Assembly (NCBI GenBank): GCA_010015805.1
Contig: ML978131.1
Location: forward strand, 372,001-436,000
Origin: Rhizodiscina lignyota
Taxonomy: Eukaryota
Direction of reading: 5' to 3'
Length of the DNA: 64,000 nucleotides
Shown one piece after another: positions 50,961 through 63,463 of the stretch. The notes under the pieces were generated by a model. The model saw only the letters and a list, made by a program, of their open reading frames with translations, did no database searches and was not told the origin of the DNA. The number at the start of each line of letters is the position of its first letter. Position 1 is the stretch's first letter. The position numbers and the translations under genes were made by a program.

Positions 50961-52822
50961 ATGGGTAACACTCCTTCTAAGAGCGAATCTGACCCCCCCG
51001 TGCCCGGGAACGCGAGACCAAGAGCGGCGACCAATACTGTTAGACGGCGGCCAGTGGGCTCAACGTCAACATGGAGAGGGGTAACAGCAACGGCAAAGGA
51101 CGAAGGCCGCAAAAAGCTGCCTTCGCCGTTGGGAGGGATGCGCGAGCTGTATTCGAAGCACGTTCGGAGCCAGTCGAATGACCTACGCGGCATGCCGACG
51201 AGTCCTGATATTGGGGATGGGGCTAACGATCCGCCACCAAAACAATCCAAACACCCACCCCCCGCCGAGTCCAGGCGGTTACCGCCCACGCCCCCTAACG
51301 AGGACTCTTCCATTGACGTGAGCGGGGTATCTTCGGCGTCAACAAATCAACAACAAAAACCTCAAAAATCGCGGGAGCTTTCAACACCTCCTCTCAATTC
51401 TCCACAACTACCACCAACCGCACATATCCCTGAGGAGACACCCTCCAAATACGGGATCACGCAGGCCGGTGGTGCAGAAGAGTCGGACGAGAACGACAAT
51501 CAGCTACAGGTGACGCGCAGCAGGCACTTCCGTGGGAAGAGCAGCACAGGCTTCGACATTTTCAAGGTAAAACACGCGTCACAGAAATTGCTGCCGCCTA
51601 GATCTTTGCTAATCATTGTTTGCAGGCCACGGCAGCTCTTCAAAAAGCTCATTCGTATTTGAACACAATCTCTCCACCAACGTCTCGTCCTGAAACCCCC
51701 ATCACGTCTCCTAAATCAACCATGGGTTCAGGTGGCTCCCAGGCAAACGAATCGCCCGAGCCGCGCCAATCTCAGAACGATTCTGTCGCGTCGAAGGAGT
51801 CCAAGAAGATGTCGAAGAAGAAGCTGAAGGCTATGTTGAAGAAGAAGAAGTCGGAGGGCATTTCGCAGGAGCCAGAAGCCATGTCAAAGGAGCCGGAGGC
51901 TATTATGCAGGAGTCGAAGGTCATGTCGAAGGAGCCGGAGGCCACTACGCAGGAGTCGAAGGCCATTTCGCAGAAGCCGAAGGTCATGTCGAAGGAGGAG
52001 TCCCTCCAGGCGGACCTCGACTTGTTGCAGGCACGTGACCCAACAATCTCTCCATTCCCCGCATATATCAACGTTCATCAGGACCAACTCAGGAAGCATC
52101 TGCAACTTGCACCCTCAGTCATACCCCCTTCTTTCGCTTCCTCCACCGTCAAGGATATCACTCCTCTCATTCAGACGCGCCCTGAAGAAGTGAGGGCATC
52201 GTATCTCTCTGTCATCCAAACGAAGTGCAAGGTGGAACACCGTCGCTGGCGCCAGAGCAACAACGCCGTCCATCCCGTTGCGTGTGCCTTGTGCTTCACC
52301 AACAAAGATGAGCTGACCGGCGAGAACGGCGAGTGGGAGCGCTGGTCCTGTATCTGGTGTGCGCTTCGTGTATGCCTGCCGTGCCGCAACAAGGTCGAGG
52401 TGTTCATGGGACGCGATCCGGAGAAGGTGCTCATTGGAAGCGAAATCGAGCAGATTCGAGCAGCGCAAGCGGCCGCGGCTCGTCAAGCTGGACCACCATC
52501 CGCCTCGAGCAGCACCGGCGAGTTTGGTGCAGGAAGTGGTCGCGGCTCTGCCATGAGCACCCGCAGAGGAAGCCCGAGCCCTGTGGCCGGTAGGTACACT
52601 CCAACTGTCGATATGAACCGTACTCCTATGTCAACGCAGAGACGGCCCACACAGATGTCGAAGGTGATGAATATTGACGACGATGTCACGCCGCGGAATT
52701 CCCCCGATCTGAGGGGAAAAGCTGGTAAAGCCAGCGCGGATGTTGACAGTCTTGGTGAGCAGATTGGCGAGATGAGCGTTGCGGATACGGCGAGTCCGAC
52801 GGAATTCAAAGAGGGTGGTTGA
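50961..52822 (+). CDS. Pro/Ser-rich protein with heptad repeat insert and C-terminal Cys-rich putative zinc finger
   Basis: ORFs 50592-51662 and 51620-52822 join via intron 51567-51625. First in-frame ATG gives MGNTPS (N-myristoylation-like). CALC...CIWCALRVCLPC near the C-terminus. The frame is open upstream to 50592, so the start is uncertain. Confidence 0.7.
51791..52000 (+). repeat. Degenerate 21-bp coding tandem repeat (7-aa SKEPEAM/QESKVM units)
   Basis: Units such as tcgcaggagccagaagccatg, tcaaaggagccggaggctatt, atgcaggagtcgaaggtcatg and tcgaaggagccggaggccact. Confidence 0.85.
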
Positions 52823-53108
52823 TGGTGCTTTCCCCAAGGGGGGGATCAAGTTAAGGTTGCAGAACGAAGGACTCTTTTTGGTTGGGCATCACGAGGTTGC
52901 ATAACGAGGGCATGATTGTTTCAAAATTTGACGAGCACGACGAGGTATGACTTGGGGAAGCACGTAGAAAAGTCCAATAAAAGCCATATGTGCACTCTCC
53001 CGATCCCATATGAAGTGAAGCATGGCAAAGAAACCAGCACTATAACATGAACAATATACTTTTGTCGCTTAACGGTATTTATTGCTCGGCTGTCATTAAG
53101 ATTTTGAG

Positions 53109-55217
53109 TTATATGATGGATATCTCAGTCTTTGTTTCGTTTTGAAAACATTCATTTCTCCCCCTCTCGAAGAGCCCAATCCTCCTGTATATATTGTTTT
53201 GGCCATTGACCTCGCTCGGCAGCAGAAGTAGCCCCTCCACTCCATCATCCCCTTCTTTGCCCTGAGTAATTGCCGCGCATAAGACCACAACAACGTTGTG
53301 GTCTCCAGTCTCGTCATATGTACCGCACATATTGCGAGAATCAGTTCCGTACGCAGCCTCTGGCTCATCACCAAGGTCCACATCGGGATATTTTGCTATG
53401 AAGTCCTCGATATGTCTTGTCGAAGCCTCCGCAATAGTGATTACCTCTTCATTATATGGGAGCGTTGTTCTGGATCCTACAGAGGCGGATACAGGAAACA
53501 AGAATATATTAGAAGTCGAAGGATTGAACCAGGTCCTCTAACGGCAGCTCTCACTTTCAGCCTTGCCGACAATACTTCTCCAAACGGGTTGAGCTCGGGA
53601 GATCTCAATGTTGTCGAACAATCTATGATATCGCAGATAACGTCGGGAGCAGCTTCGTATTCATCGTCGAAAGAAAAATTGAAATGAATGACCCCTCCCT
53701 CGAGACTCGCCCAGGACCAAGAAGGCGCCCTGTATCTAACTGGCCTGTAAAATATGAAGGGTTCGTTCTCGGGCTGTGTTCTGTGCCAGCGCGAAGTGTG
53801 CCATGTGAGTTGTCGCGCGAGACCGTATTGCCACAGTCCGGCGAAGTAGCCGGGCCCGAGGGCGCGAGAAAACGAAGGATGAGAGGCAATTCCGGCCAGC
53901 GCGTTCAACTTGTCGCGGTCAACTTGTCGCGTTCAAGGCTCGCAAAGCGGAGAGAGTATGCCGTCACGAGGCGCAGCCAACAGCTCAAGGCTTTGTCTCT
54001 CCGAACGCGCGCTTCTTCTTCACTGAGAAGCAGAGAGTGCAGATTTAGGCTGTACTTGTCATTATCATCGTTATACCCCGCGTCGAGGTCGTGTGGAAAG
54101 TAGAGAGAGTCGCCAAAGTTTCTTGTACCGGCATGGCATCTCCACATCATGGTGTGGGTGGTGAATGTGAGCGTCCGCTGTGCCAGCAGCTGCTCTTGCA
54201 TCGTCCAGGCTCTCTTCGCGAGGGGCTCGAGCCACTCGTCGTAGCATGCGGCATCTAGTTCATTGACAGACATCGTGCCGAAAACGCCGGGTCGAATCCG
54301 GACAGGTATCGTGTGGAAAGGCTCTGAGTGGACACGGGGGTGGAGGAATCCTTCGAAGACGCTCTTCGCGGATGCAGCGACTATTGTCAAGGCTGATGAA
54401 GCGTAGTTATGTCTCATGAATGCAATTTCCCTAATTTTGTCCTCTTCAGAATCCTGGATGGTGCACAGGGCGTCAATCCACAAGTACGGGATTGACAAGT
54501 TGCGCGTGGTCGAGATGGCGTGACGGATGGTGGGCGGCAGAGTCAATGGATCTAGCTCTTCCATGAATTTAGCATAATTGGACCGAGTGAGAGTCGGAAA
54601 GGGCGATTTCCCCCAACAGTACGAGAGCGTTGCGTAAACGCCACGCGAGTTCCCAGATTCCACGAGTCGTGGATGTTGTCGTCCCGGTGGGCAGACCTCG
54701 ATGACTCTCGTGGGTAGAATAGAGTCTCGGCGTGAAGCGCTACAGTACTCGTGCCCCTTACACTCCTCCGACCATGCCCTAAGCTGCATCCTTGCTGCCT
54801 CGCTGTCGACGTCGGTCTGCAAGGGCCTCGCAGTCACATACCCTGAGGCGCTTCGTCTGATGCCGTCAAGGCGTGGAGAAAAAGCGCAGCCCCTCCGATC
54901 CACTTCCCCGTGGCAGAGTGGCACGAGATGCTCAGATAGAAGACGTTGCCGCCCCTAGGCGTGCAAGAATCGATCAGGACCGGGGCAAGATACGTAGTAA
55001 CCCTATCTTCTGGCATCCACGAGTCGCAACTAAAGCTTCTTATGTAGGCACACCAGGTGCAGTCAGCGTCTTTGATCTCGCTGTTGGCAGCGACTGTTTC
55101 GATGCTTCTGTGCTTGTGGCCATCACGGAGGTGATCGCAAGTGCAGCACTTCTCAAAACTCTCGGTGTTGAAGAAATCGCGCCAGCATCTGGCACAGACG
55201 AGGTCCCGGGGGCTCAT
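53109..55217 (-). pseudogene. HET-domain (heterokaryon incompatibility) gene disrupted by three frameshifts
   Basis: LPTRVIEV, YATLSYCWG, YLWIDALCTIQDSEEDK, LAKRAWTMQEQLLA, YFAGLW and YRAPSWSWAS motifs lie across four frames. Frameshifts at about 54850, about 53905-53931 (14-bp duplication) and about 53530. Confidence 0.85.
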
Positions 55218-55663
55218 CTCGAGCGACAGCTTGTAAAGAAACAATGTTTTAAGTAGGACAGAATTCTTTTGATGTAACAGACGTGCGAGGTGCTAAAGGT
55301 GGTTGCGCTGAGTGAGGATTGTTGCACGTGTTATGTGCTAGCAACAGCAGATGTTGCTTGATTCTGTGACAGGAAACTTATCTGGAATCTGCCAGAACAT
55401 AGACTTGATCCGCTCGTCGGCTTTTGATGCCACGGGCTCGACTTGGGCAACCTGTTGTCGGGTTCGACGAGCATGCATTAACCAGTCCGACACGGACGAG
55501 GGTGATCGAGTGCTATGGCAGTGATGAATTGACTACACAATATCTAACCCCAAAGGGATCTCGCGATCCTGTAAGTAGATCCCTGGCTGGCATAGCATGA
55601 GAAACGTTTGTGAGTCTACCATAACGTGTAGCGCGTTCAGGATCCACCAGGAGCCCATTGCTT

Positions 55664-55891
55664 GTAGGTTTTGCTCGCCTATACGTGGTTAAACCTCGCC
55701 TAAGGCTTGGCTCTATAGGCTAAACATCGGTAATTAGATGCTGTAGCTTGGAGCCTAGTGAAGTATATCTTTTTATTACGCTGCACCTCCTTTAGACGTA
55801 TAGCCGAGCTTCAGTGATGTTTAGGCCAGCTATAAATACTCGCCAAAGGACTTTGGCGAGGTTTAGCCACGTATAGCCGAGCAGAACCCAC
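55664..55891. mobile_element. MITE-like non-coding element with about 40-bp terminal inverted repeats
   Basis: Left arm gtaggttttgctcgcctatacgtggttaaacctcgcc versus reverse complement of right arm gtgggttctgctcggctatacgtggctaaacctcgcc: 4 mismatches in 37 nt. Internal copy of acgtatagccgagc near 55797. No clear target-site duplication. Confidence 0.6.
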
Positions 55892-57061
55892 GGTCTGGCC
55901 TGTCTCACTTAAAGTTCTCGCAAGATCAAATCACTGATGGTTCATGTTTGTGCTATGCTGCTCCCTTCAGCTAAATTGACGCGTTTTCGAAGCAAAGTGG
56001 GTGTAAGGTAGACTGCTGAAGGCCGGAGAGAAAGCCGGACCAAACTGCTGTACGAACCTGAATCTTACGCAGCAAGTTCTCCAGGACACGGCTATGGAAG
56101 GCAATTCTGCCATACAAGTAGAAGAAGGCGCTTGACTCCTGGGTTTTGGCCCCATGGTTTGTTGTGGAGAGTAGCAAGGAAGCGAAGGAGCCGTTCTTCG
56201 GAAGCGATATGTTTCATTACATGTGGGAATTTCTGGAGCTTCCTTTGGAGTGATATTGCGTAACAGCCAGCTTCAGCATCGAAGTAAGAGCCATAGACTA
56301 GGCGTCCTTGAAATATTTAGTATAGCTGTGAAGTCTAAATTAAGAGAACTGACCAAAACGCATGTCGCTGCTCACATTGTGGGCAGCATGAGCTGAAGAT
56401 AACCAGTCCAGACTCAGACTCTCTCTCCAGACATATAAACGGAACGGGCCAGAGTTAGTATTAGGAGTTGTTCCTGTCTACGGCTCGATTATTGCGTCAT
56501 ATTCTCGCATGAACCTTTCATGTTAGTTGGGAACAGATATCGTTAAATTTGCGATCACGGAAGATCGCTTGTAAGCAAGCAAATGGCATGTCGTACTAAA
56601 GGTTTTAAGAGTCGATTTGCCTACGTGCTGGTGACTCGGGTCAGTTAGATTATTGTTAGATTATTGATTTTTACGCTAAATCCTAGCGTTAAAATTTTTA
56701 ATTTGTGAATTCTAAATAATTTTGCTGATAGAACGCCAGTGGTTGGCCCTCTGTCTCGAGCTTCCAAAGTGCAAAGTTGGACTGGTGGGGGTTCACGAGA
56801 CCCCCGAGGACACCTGCAAGAGCTGGAGCACAGTGCACTTTCATATCACTAATCGCGGACAACTGCCGCATTTCCATCCTTACAACGCGTCTTGCTTATG
56901 ATTGTATGGACGCGATCTGCAAGCCGAGGTGTCTCATCGAAGGGTGAAGATGGCCAACTATCGCGCAATTGATAACGGTGCCGTGTGAGAGGGGAACAAA
57001 ATGCACTTGGAGCTCTCTCTCTCACATTCAACATCGTTCCTCTCAAATTCAACCTGGAAGC

Positions 57062-58146
57062 ATGGGTACATCGAAGCAGGTAGCAGTGGTCGTTGGCGCC
57101 AGCCGTGGCATTGGCAGACAGGTTGCAATTGATCTTGCAAGGTGAGTATCAGCTTTGTCTATGCAAACCATCGGGCAGTGAGGGCTGATATGACACGCTC
57201 TGCAGAAACGGATATGCAGGTTAGCAGGCCATTGAACCCGCTCTATTAAGCATTCTTATCAAAGTCAAGTGGTCATCGCTGCGAAGAGCACGTCCGATGC
57301 TTCGAAAGTAGTCCCATTCCCTCCCGATCCCAACTCGCCGCAATCCACGATCAGTACTGTCGAGCGCGAGATTCGAGAAGCGGGCGGAGAGGCCACCGCC
57401 ATTCCAGTCGATACCCGTGATTTTGAGAGCGTGAAAAAGATGGTGGACGGCACCGTGAACGTGTATGGGAGGCTAGATGTGTTGGTCTACAACTCCGGTG
57501 CGATATGGTGGAGCTCAATAGAAGGCACGCCCATGAAGCGATTTCAGCTCATGCAGCGTGTCAATCCGGAAGGGCTGTATGGCACGATCCAAGCTGCGTT
57601 GCCACACTTCAAGAACAACAACTGGAAGGGCAGGATCATTGTCGTATCGCCGCCTATATACAGCCGTTTCTTCAGAGGCAAGACGGCGTATGCCATGGGT
57701 AAGGTTGGCATGTCTGTTCTCACGAAGGGTCTCGCTATGGATTTTGAGAGGCAAGGCCATACCGACATGGCGGTCACCAGTATCTGGCCTGCAGTAGTAC
57801 GTTTCACCCTTCGCCACGAGCCAGTCCAGGCTGACCCATACAGTCAATCCAATCTGGAGCTACCAGAGATCCATCCTACAGATCCGACTTGCGGAAGCCA
57901 ACGATATACTCTGATGCCATACTGGCGATGATCCGCGCTCCTACTAGCATGGTAAACGGCCAACTCGAGCTCGACGAGGATTTCCTTCGCAAAACTGGCG
58001 CGACAGACTTCTCCAAATACTCGGTTGTCCCTGGCAGCAACCCCCGCAGGATCATGCCGGCAAAGATGCCTGACCTGATCGTAGCGGAGCAGGATGATGA
58101 GGGCCGACGAATGGACAGCAATGCGACTAGGGCATCAAGAATGTAA
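57062..58146 (+). CDS. SDR of the HSDL2-like (hydroxysteroid dehydrogenase-like 2) type
   Basis: VAVVVGASRGIG, a 14-nt micro-exon (NGYA), VVIAAKS, LDVLVYNSGAIWW, catalytic YAMGK, SIWPA, LRKPTIYSDA, LDEDFLR. Confidence 0.9.
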
Positions 58147-58916
58147 GCGCGCGCTATTCTCAAGCATTCACAGACTTGGCTGCACGCCGTTCTTCCGAAA
58201 GGAAGCCTTTGGAAAGCAAATTGAGGCATCGCGCAATTAGGAGTGTTCAATATTCATTTCTGGACTATGTTTGAAGCCTGGACGCCTAACTGGTACGACG
58301 AGAGAATTGCCAACAGATCGTAGCCGTTGTAATAAACACGAAGCGTGTTTTTCCAGCCTCCTCTGGCTTGCGAAAAGAGGGTCCTCTGCCCCTTGCGAGA
58401 GGCGAAGTCTATACTAAGTTGGAGTGATGTGACTGCGTCCAGCCACCTCGACACCTCGGAGATTTCAGAGACGTCGAACAGTAACTCACATCGACTAAAA
58501 TCCAAATGCGAGCTCAATTGGATTGTATATTGTCATAGATTTATTTCCAATTCTCGAATCTCTCAATTTGGCATTCCAAGTTTGCTTTTTCATTGTCCTT
58601 CCGCACATTCCAGGCGCGTCCTTGGTGACGCTTAAGGCGCGTAAACAGTCCTCTTAGGGCCATTCCACAGGATTAAATGCAATAACAGGCGATTCACACC
58701 CTCATTTACACTCTTCAACTTCCAGACTCACTCCATCAATTGTGCATCGAACCTTTTACACTCGTTTGTACTTGTTTTTTTCTCCTGAGACACTCTTTTA
58801 AAAGTGTTGCATCGGTCTCAAGTCTATAACGAGAACAGATCATTCCCTTGTTGGAGTATCACAAAGTCAACAACTTCCCCTTGAATCGAGATTGATTTTA
58901 GGAGCGAGTCGCTACG

Positions 58917-61900
58917 ATGGGGAGGTTATCGGGCTTGCGGCTCGAACTTTTCCTCCTCTCCACTCTTCTCACGGTTTTCACAATTGCACAGGATTGTCCT
59001 GCGGGCGACTTTACGATATTCACCGCTTCCAATGCTTCGGCGACTGAGTACTGGATTGCTTGCGAACAAGAATTGAGTGGCGGTGGTATACAGATCGGTA
59101 CTTCATCAACATTCGCAGGCTGTCTCGACGACTGTGCGAACAATGTTGGTAATTTCAGCACGCCGTGCGATTCAGCGGTCTTTACTGGCGGCGCCTGTTA
59201 CGGCAAATCGGCATGGGGCACCAGCGATTATAACGCCGGCCACGAAATGGGATTGCAACTGCTCGAAGCCACTGAGGCTGCGCCCTGTACCGCCGCAAAT
59301 CAGGACCTGGCGGACAACGGGTACTTCGTCTACGGAACGACACAAATAACCAAGCGATACGTTCTCCAATGCTCTGCCCTCAGGCCCGGCTACAACATCG
59401 ACGGATCTGCGGTTTCTGTGGCCGATTTCCCCACCTGCATCCAGAATTGCGACCGCGATTATGCCGGTGGCTGCATTGGTGTGCAGTACGATCCTTCGAC
59501 ACTTACCTGCACTTACAAGTATGGCATGAACAATACTGCAAGTATACAGTTTGGTTCAACTATTTACTCTGCCTACTGCATCGACTGTGGCGTCGTCCCA
59601 GGAGCGGCAATAAGCCCGCCTGGAAGTAGCAGCGCTTCGAGCGTCGTTGCTTCTTCAGCTGCGGCTTCGAGTGACGTTGCATCCTCAGTGGAGGCGTCCT
59701 CGATTGTGGCCTCTTCACCTGCAGTCTCCTCCGATGTAGCTTCCTCCGTCGAAGCCTCTTCCGTCGTGGCTTCGTCTGCCGACATTTCTTCTCCCGCGGT
59801 ATCATCCGTTGAAGCTTCCTCTGCTGCTGCTTCGTCTGTTGAGGTGTCGTCTCCCGCAATCTCATCGCCTGCAGTTTCATCGGTTGAAGCTTCATCTGTC
59901 GCTGCGTCATCGGCTGAAATATCGTCTCCCGTAGTCTCCTCGGTCGAAGCTTCCTCTGCTGCTGCTTCATCTGCTGAGGTGTCGTCCCCCGCAGTCTCAT
60001 CGCCTGAGGTTTCGTCTGTTGCTGCTTCATCTGGAGAAGTATCATCTCCCGCAGTCTCATCGCCTGCAGTCTCATCAGTCCAGGCTTCTTCGGCTGGCGA
60101 GTCTTCTGTTGCGGCATCATCCTTAGAAGCTTCTTCTGCTGCCGCGTCCTCTGCTGGGGAGTCATCAGCCGCTCTATCTTCGCCAGCTATTTCCTCAGTT
60201 CCGGTATCCAGCCCAAGCGTAGCGGGCCAATCTTCAGTTGTTGCATCTCCATCAGTGCAGTCTTCGGCTGCAGTGTCGAGTGCAGCACAAGCATCGTCCG
60301 GAGCCGAATCACCATCTAGTGTGCAAGTATCATCAAATGCTGTCTCAAGTACGGCACCAAGCAGCTCTGCTTCCGCAGGATTAGCACCGGTATGTCCAGG
60401 CGGTGACGGCTCATCCTATACAAGCGAAGCGAGCGCAGATAACTATCTATTCGAATGCACAGGCTACCGTACTGGTTGGATCATCCAAGGTGCCCAGACC
60501 TATACGTCCGATCTCGGTAGCTGCGTCTACGCTTGCGACATTTACAACGGCTCGCAGCCTTGCGTTGCTGTATCTTATAATACGACATCAGGACGGTGCG
60601 TCCTTAAAGCTGGCATCAATACGCAATTCATCACATCCGATCGCGTCCAAGGTGCCTATTGCACAAACTGCAATGTCCAACCGGCGGCCCTTGATCCGGT
60701 TTGCACCAGCAGCAACAACTGGGCAGCAAATCAGACCCAATACACCTCACCGGCTGGCTCTGGCACCGCAGTGTTCGTTCTCGACTGCGAAACTGTCTAC
60801 TCCAACCAAGTCAGTCCTGCATCTGCCCAGGCGCAAGTCTTCGGGAATAATGCGTGCTTCACCAACGACCAAACCGTTGCATCTCTCACTGCTTGCATGG
60901 ATTTCTGTGCTGGTACTCAGGGATGCGTTGGCGCAAGCTGGATTTCAGGTGCCCAAGATTGTAACATCAAATGGTTGATCCCGGCGGGCTATCCACCGCA
61001 AGGGTGCTTCGTAACTCAAGCAGGGGCAGAGAGTGGACGTCTTATCGCGGGAGCAGCAAGTGGTCCTGCGGCAAGTTGCGTGAGCTCGATCGCTGGGGAA
61101 TCGTCGTCGGCTACTGTCGCATCAAGCGTTGCCGCGTCGAGTGCTGTTGTAGCAAGCCCTGCCGTTTCGAGCGCGGGTGCTGCTATATCAAGCGTAGAAG
61201 TTGTCTCTTCGGCAGGTGCTGGATCATCGACACCAGCCATATCATCAGAAGGCGTGTCCTCTGCACCGGTTCAGTCATCCGCTCCAGGTGGATCGTCCGC
61301 ACCAGCAGGCCAGTCCTCTGCTCCTGCAGGTCAATCGAGCGCACCGGGTGCAAGCTCAGCGCCAGCTCCCCCAAGCTCAGCACCAGCTGAAAGCTCGGCA
61401 CCAGCACCCCCAAGCTCAGCACCAGCTGAAAGCTCGGCACCAGCTCCTCCAAGTTCAGCACCAGCTCAGAGCTCTGCTCCAGTGGGTGCAAGCAGCGTAC
61501 CGCCAGCTCCATCATCGGCCCCGCCACCACCAAGTTCCGCGGTCGTGCTTCCTGTCAGCAGCAACGCTCCGCCTGTCAGTAGTGCTGCAGCTGGAGGAAG
61601 CTCTGCACCTGCAGCCCAATCTTCTGCACAACCACCACCTCAATCTTCTAATACTCCTCCTGCTCAGTCTTCCAGTGGAGCGCCAGCCCAATCTTCGAAT
61701 GCTGCACCAATTCAGTCTTCTGCGGCAGCTCCGTCCTCCGGTGCTCCACCAGCACAGTCATCTGTTGCCCCGCCGGCTCAATCCTCTGTTGCCGCGGCCT
61801 CGAGCGGTGGCGCACCACCAGCACAATCTTCCGCCGCTCCCCCAGTGTCTAGCGGCGCAGTTGGTGTATCGTCAGGTCCAGCTGCACCTTCTTCGAACGC

Positions 61901-63463
61901 TGCTCCTGTGAGCAGCAATGCAGCACCGCAAAGCAGCGCTTCGAGTGCGCCGGTTGCCGGTTCAAGTCCTCCAGCCGCAGTGTCGAGTGCGCCGGTTGCA
62001 CCATCTAGCGCTCAGGGTGGCATCTCCAGTGCACCTGCATCAGTGCCAGGCGCGAGTACTGTTGCTGTCAGTACGAATGGAGTGCCTTCAACGGAAGCAG
62101 CTGCAGCTTCGAGTCCCAGCGTCTCTGAAGGCCCTGCTACTCTTCCTACCATCACGCTCGTCACTTCGTCGACCACTCCATTCACTCCAACTACCCAGTC
62201 GCTTGCCGCAACCGATGTTTCGGCGGGACCCGGTGTTGCGGTCACCACGGGTGATAACGGCCAGGCTGTTGTGTAAGTATTTCTATCTCGAGCCCTCAGA
62301 TTGACACTAAAGTCCGCCACAGCTCGTTCGTTCCAGATCCTTCACAACCAACAGCCGAAGCTGTACAACCACTTCCTCCTATTCCAGCTCCCACAAACAG
62401 CGACCAGCCGCAGCCATATGTCATCAGTGGAACAATCACCCTTCCGCCGCTTAACGGGACAGGTAGTAAGGCTAAGCGCGATGAGCCCGAAGTGAAGGGC
62501 CGTGAGGTCCAAGTCGAGGGCAAGAAAGCGCAAGAAAATGTTCCTCGCTTTGTCCAGGATCGCAGACAGATTGCCGCGTTCCAGAGGATGATGATCAAAC
62601 GACAGGGTACAGCTTATGCTGGCTGCATCTTCCAGGTTCTAGCAGATGGCGTTCCTGTATACAACACATCTCTTGCTGGGCTTAGCGGCACTATCCCCTT
62701 CACGACTGACAATTTCACTCCGACTAATACTACGCTCATCACATATCGTGAGGTCTGCCCAGATGGCACTGCGCCGCCGGCTATTGGTCTCAGCGACCTC
62801 GCGCTCGTGACGTCTCCACCTCCTCCGCCACCGGTGGTATGTTCTCCCTTTGCGCATAGCGGTTGTAGATATCTAACATTGCCCCAGGTCTCTTCAAGCA
62901 TACCGGGAGCCTCTAGTATACCAGGCGTCATATCTGTGCCACCAGGCTCTATTGAATACATAACCGTCACGCAGCCTGGAAGCGTCATCACGGTCAATGG
63001 AACAATCACAATTACGCAGCCTGGAGCGACAATAGTGTCAACAGTGGCGGGTCCGACAGTCTTCGAGCCAACCACGGTTATCAGCACCTACGTTCTGACG
63101 CAGGTATCTACCGTGACGGTGACGACGACACAGATATCTGGCGCAGCAACTGTGACGGTGACGACTACCTCTGTTTCGACGTCCTACATTACTACCACGG
63201 CGTACGTTACAGGGATCCCACCAAGCTCCGGAGTTGGATACTCGATGGGAGGAGGTTCAATGGGTGGTGGTTCAATGGGTGGAGGCTCGATGGGCGGAGG
63301 CTCATATGGTCACTCTTATCCCCCAATAACGAGTCCAGCAGTATGCCCTGGTCCAAGAACAACAACTGGTATGTTTCATTTGATGACATGTCTTGAACTG
63401 AAATGAGCTAACGGGTTTGCTCTAGTTACCATTACACCTGTGGTTACGGTCTATCCACAATGA
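58917..63463 (+). CDS. Large secreted PAN/apple-domain, Ser/Ala/Pro-rich (mucin-like) protein
   Basis: Signal peptide; four CxxxC...C apple-like modules (CLDDC, CIQNC, CVYAC, CMDFC) flanking S/A-rich repeats. Intron after 62272 leads in frame into the 62492-63406 ORF. Last exon VTITPVVTVYPQ* with stop at 63461-63463. Confidence 0.85.
59626..60190 (+). repeat. Coding tandem repeats (SSVEASSAAASSAEVSSPAV units)
   Basis: Recurrent 15-nt-based degenerate units such as gttgaagcttcctctgctgctgcttc and tcatcgcctgcagt. Confidence 0.85.
61372..61467 (+). repeat. Near-perfect 39-bp coding tandem repeat (SSAPAESSAPAPP)
   Basis: caagctcagcaccagctgaaagctcggcaccagc occurs twice at 39-nt spacing, plus a partial third copy. 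Confidence 0.85.

Noticed and set aside
56630..56730. AT-rich patch with duplicated gttagattatt and a short imperfect hairpin
   Set aside because: Too short and low-complexity to call a transposon relic.
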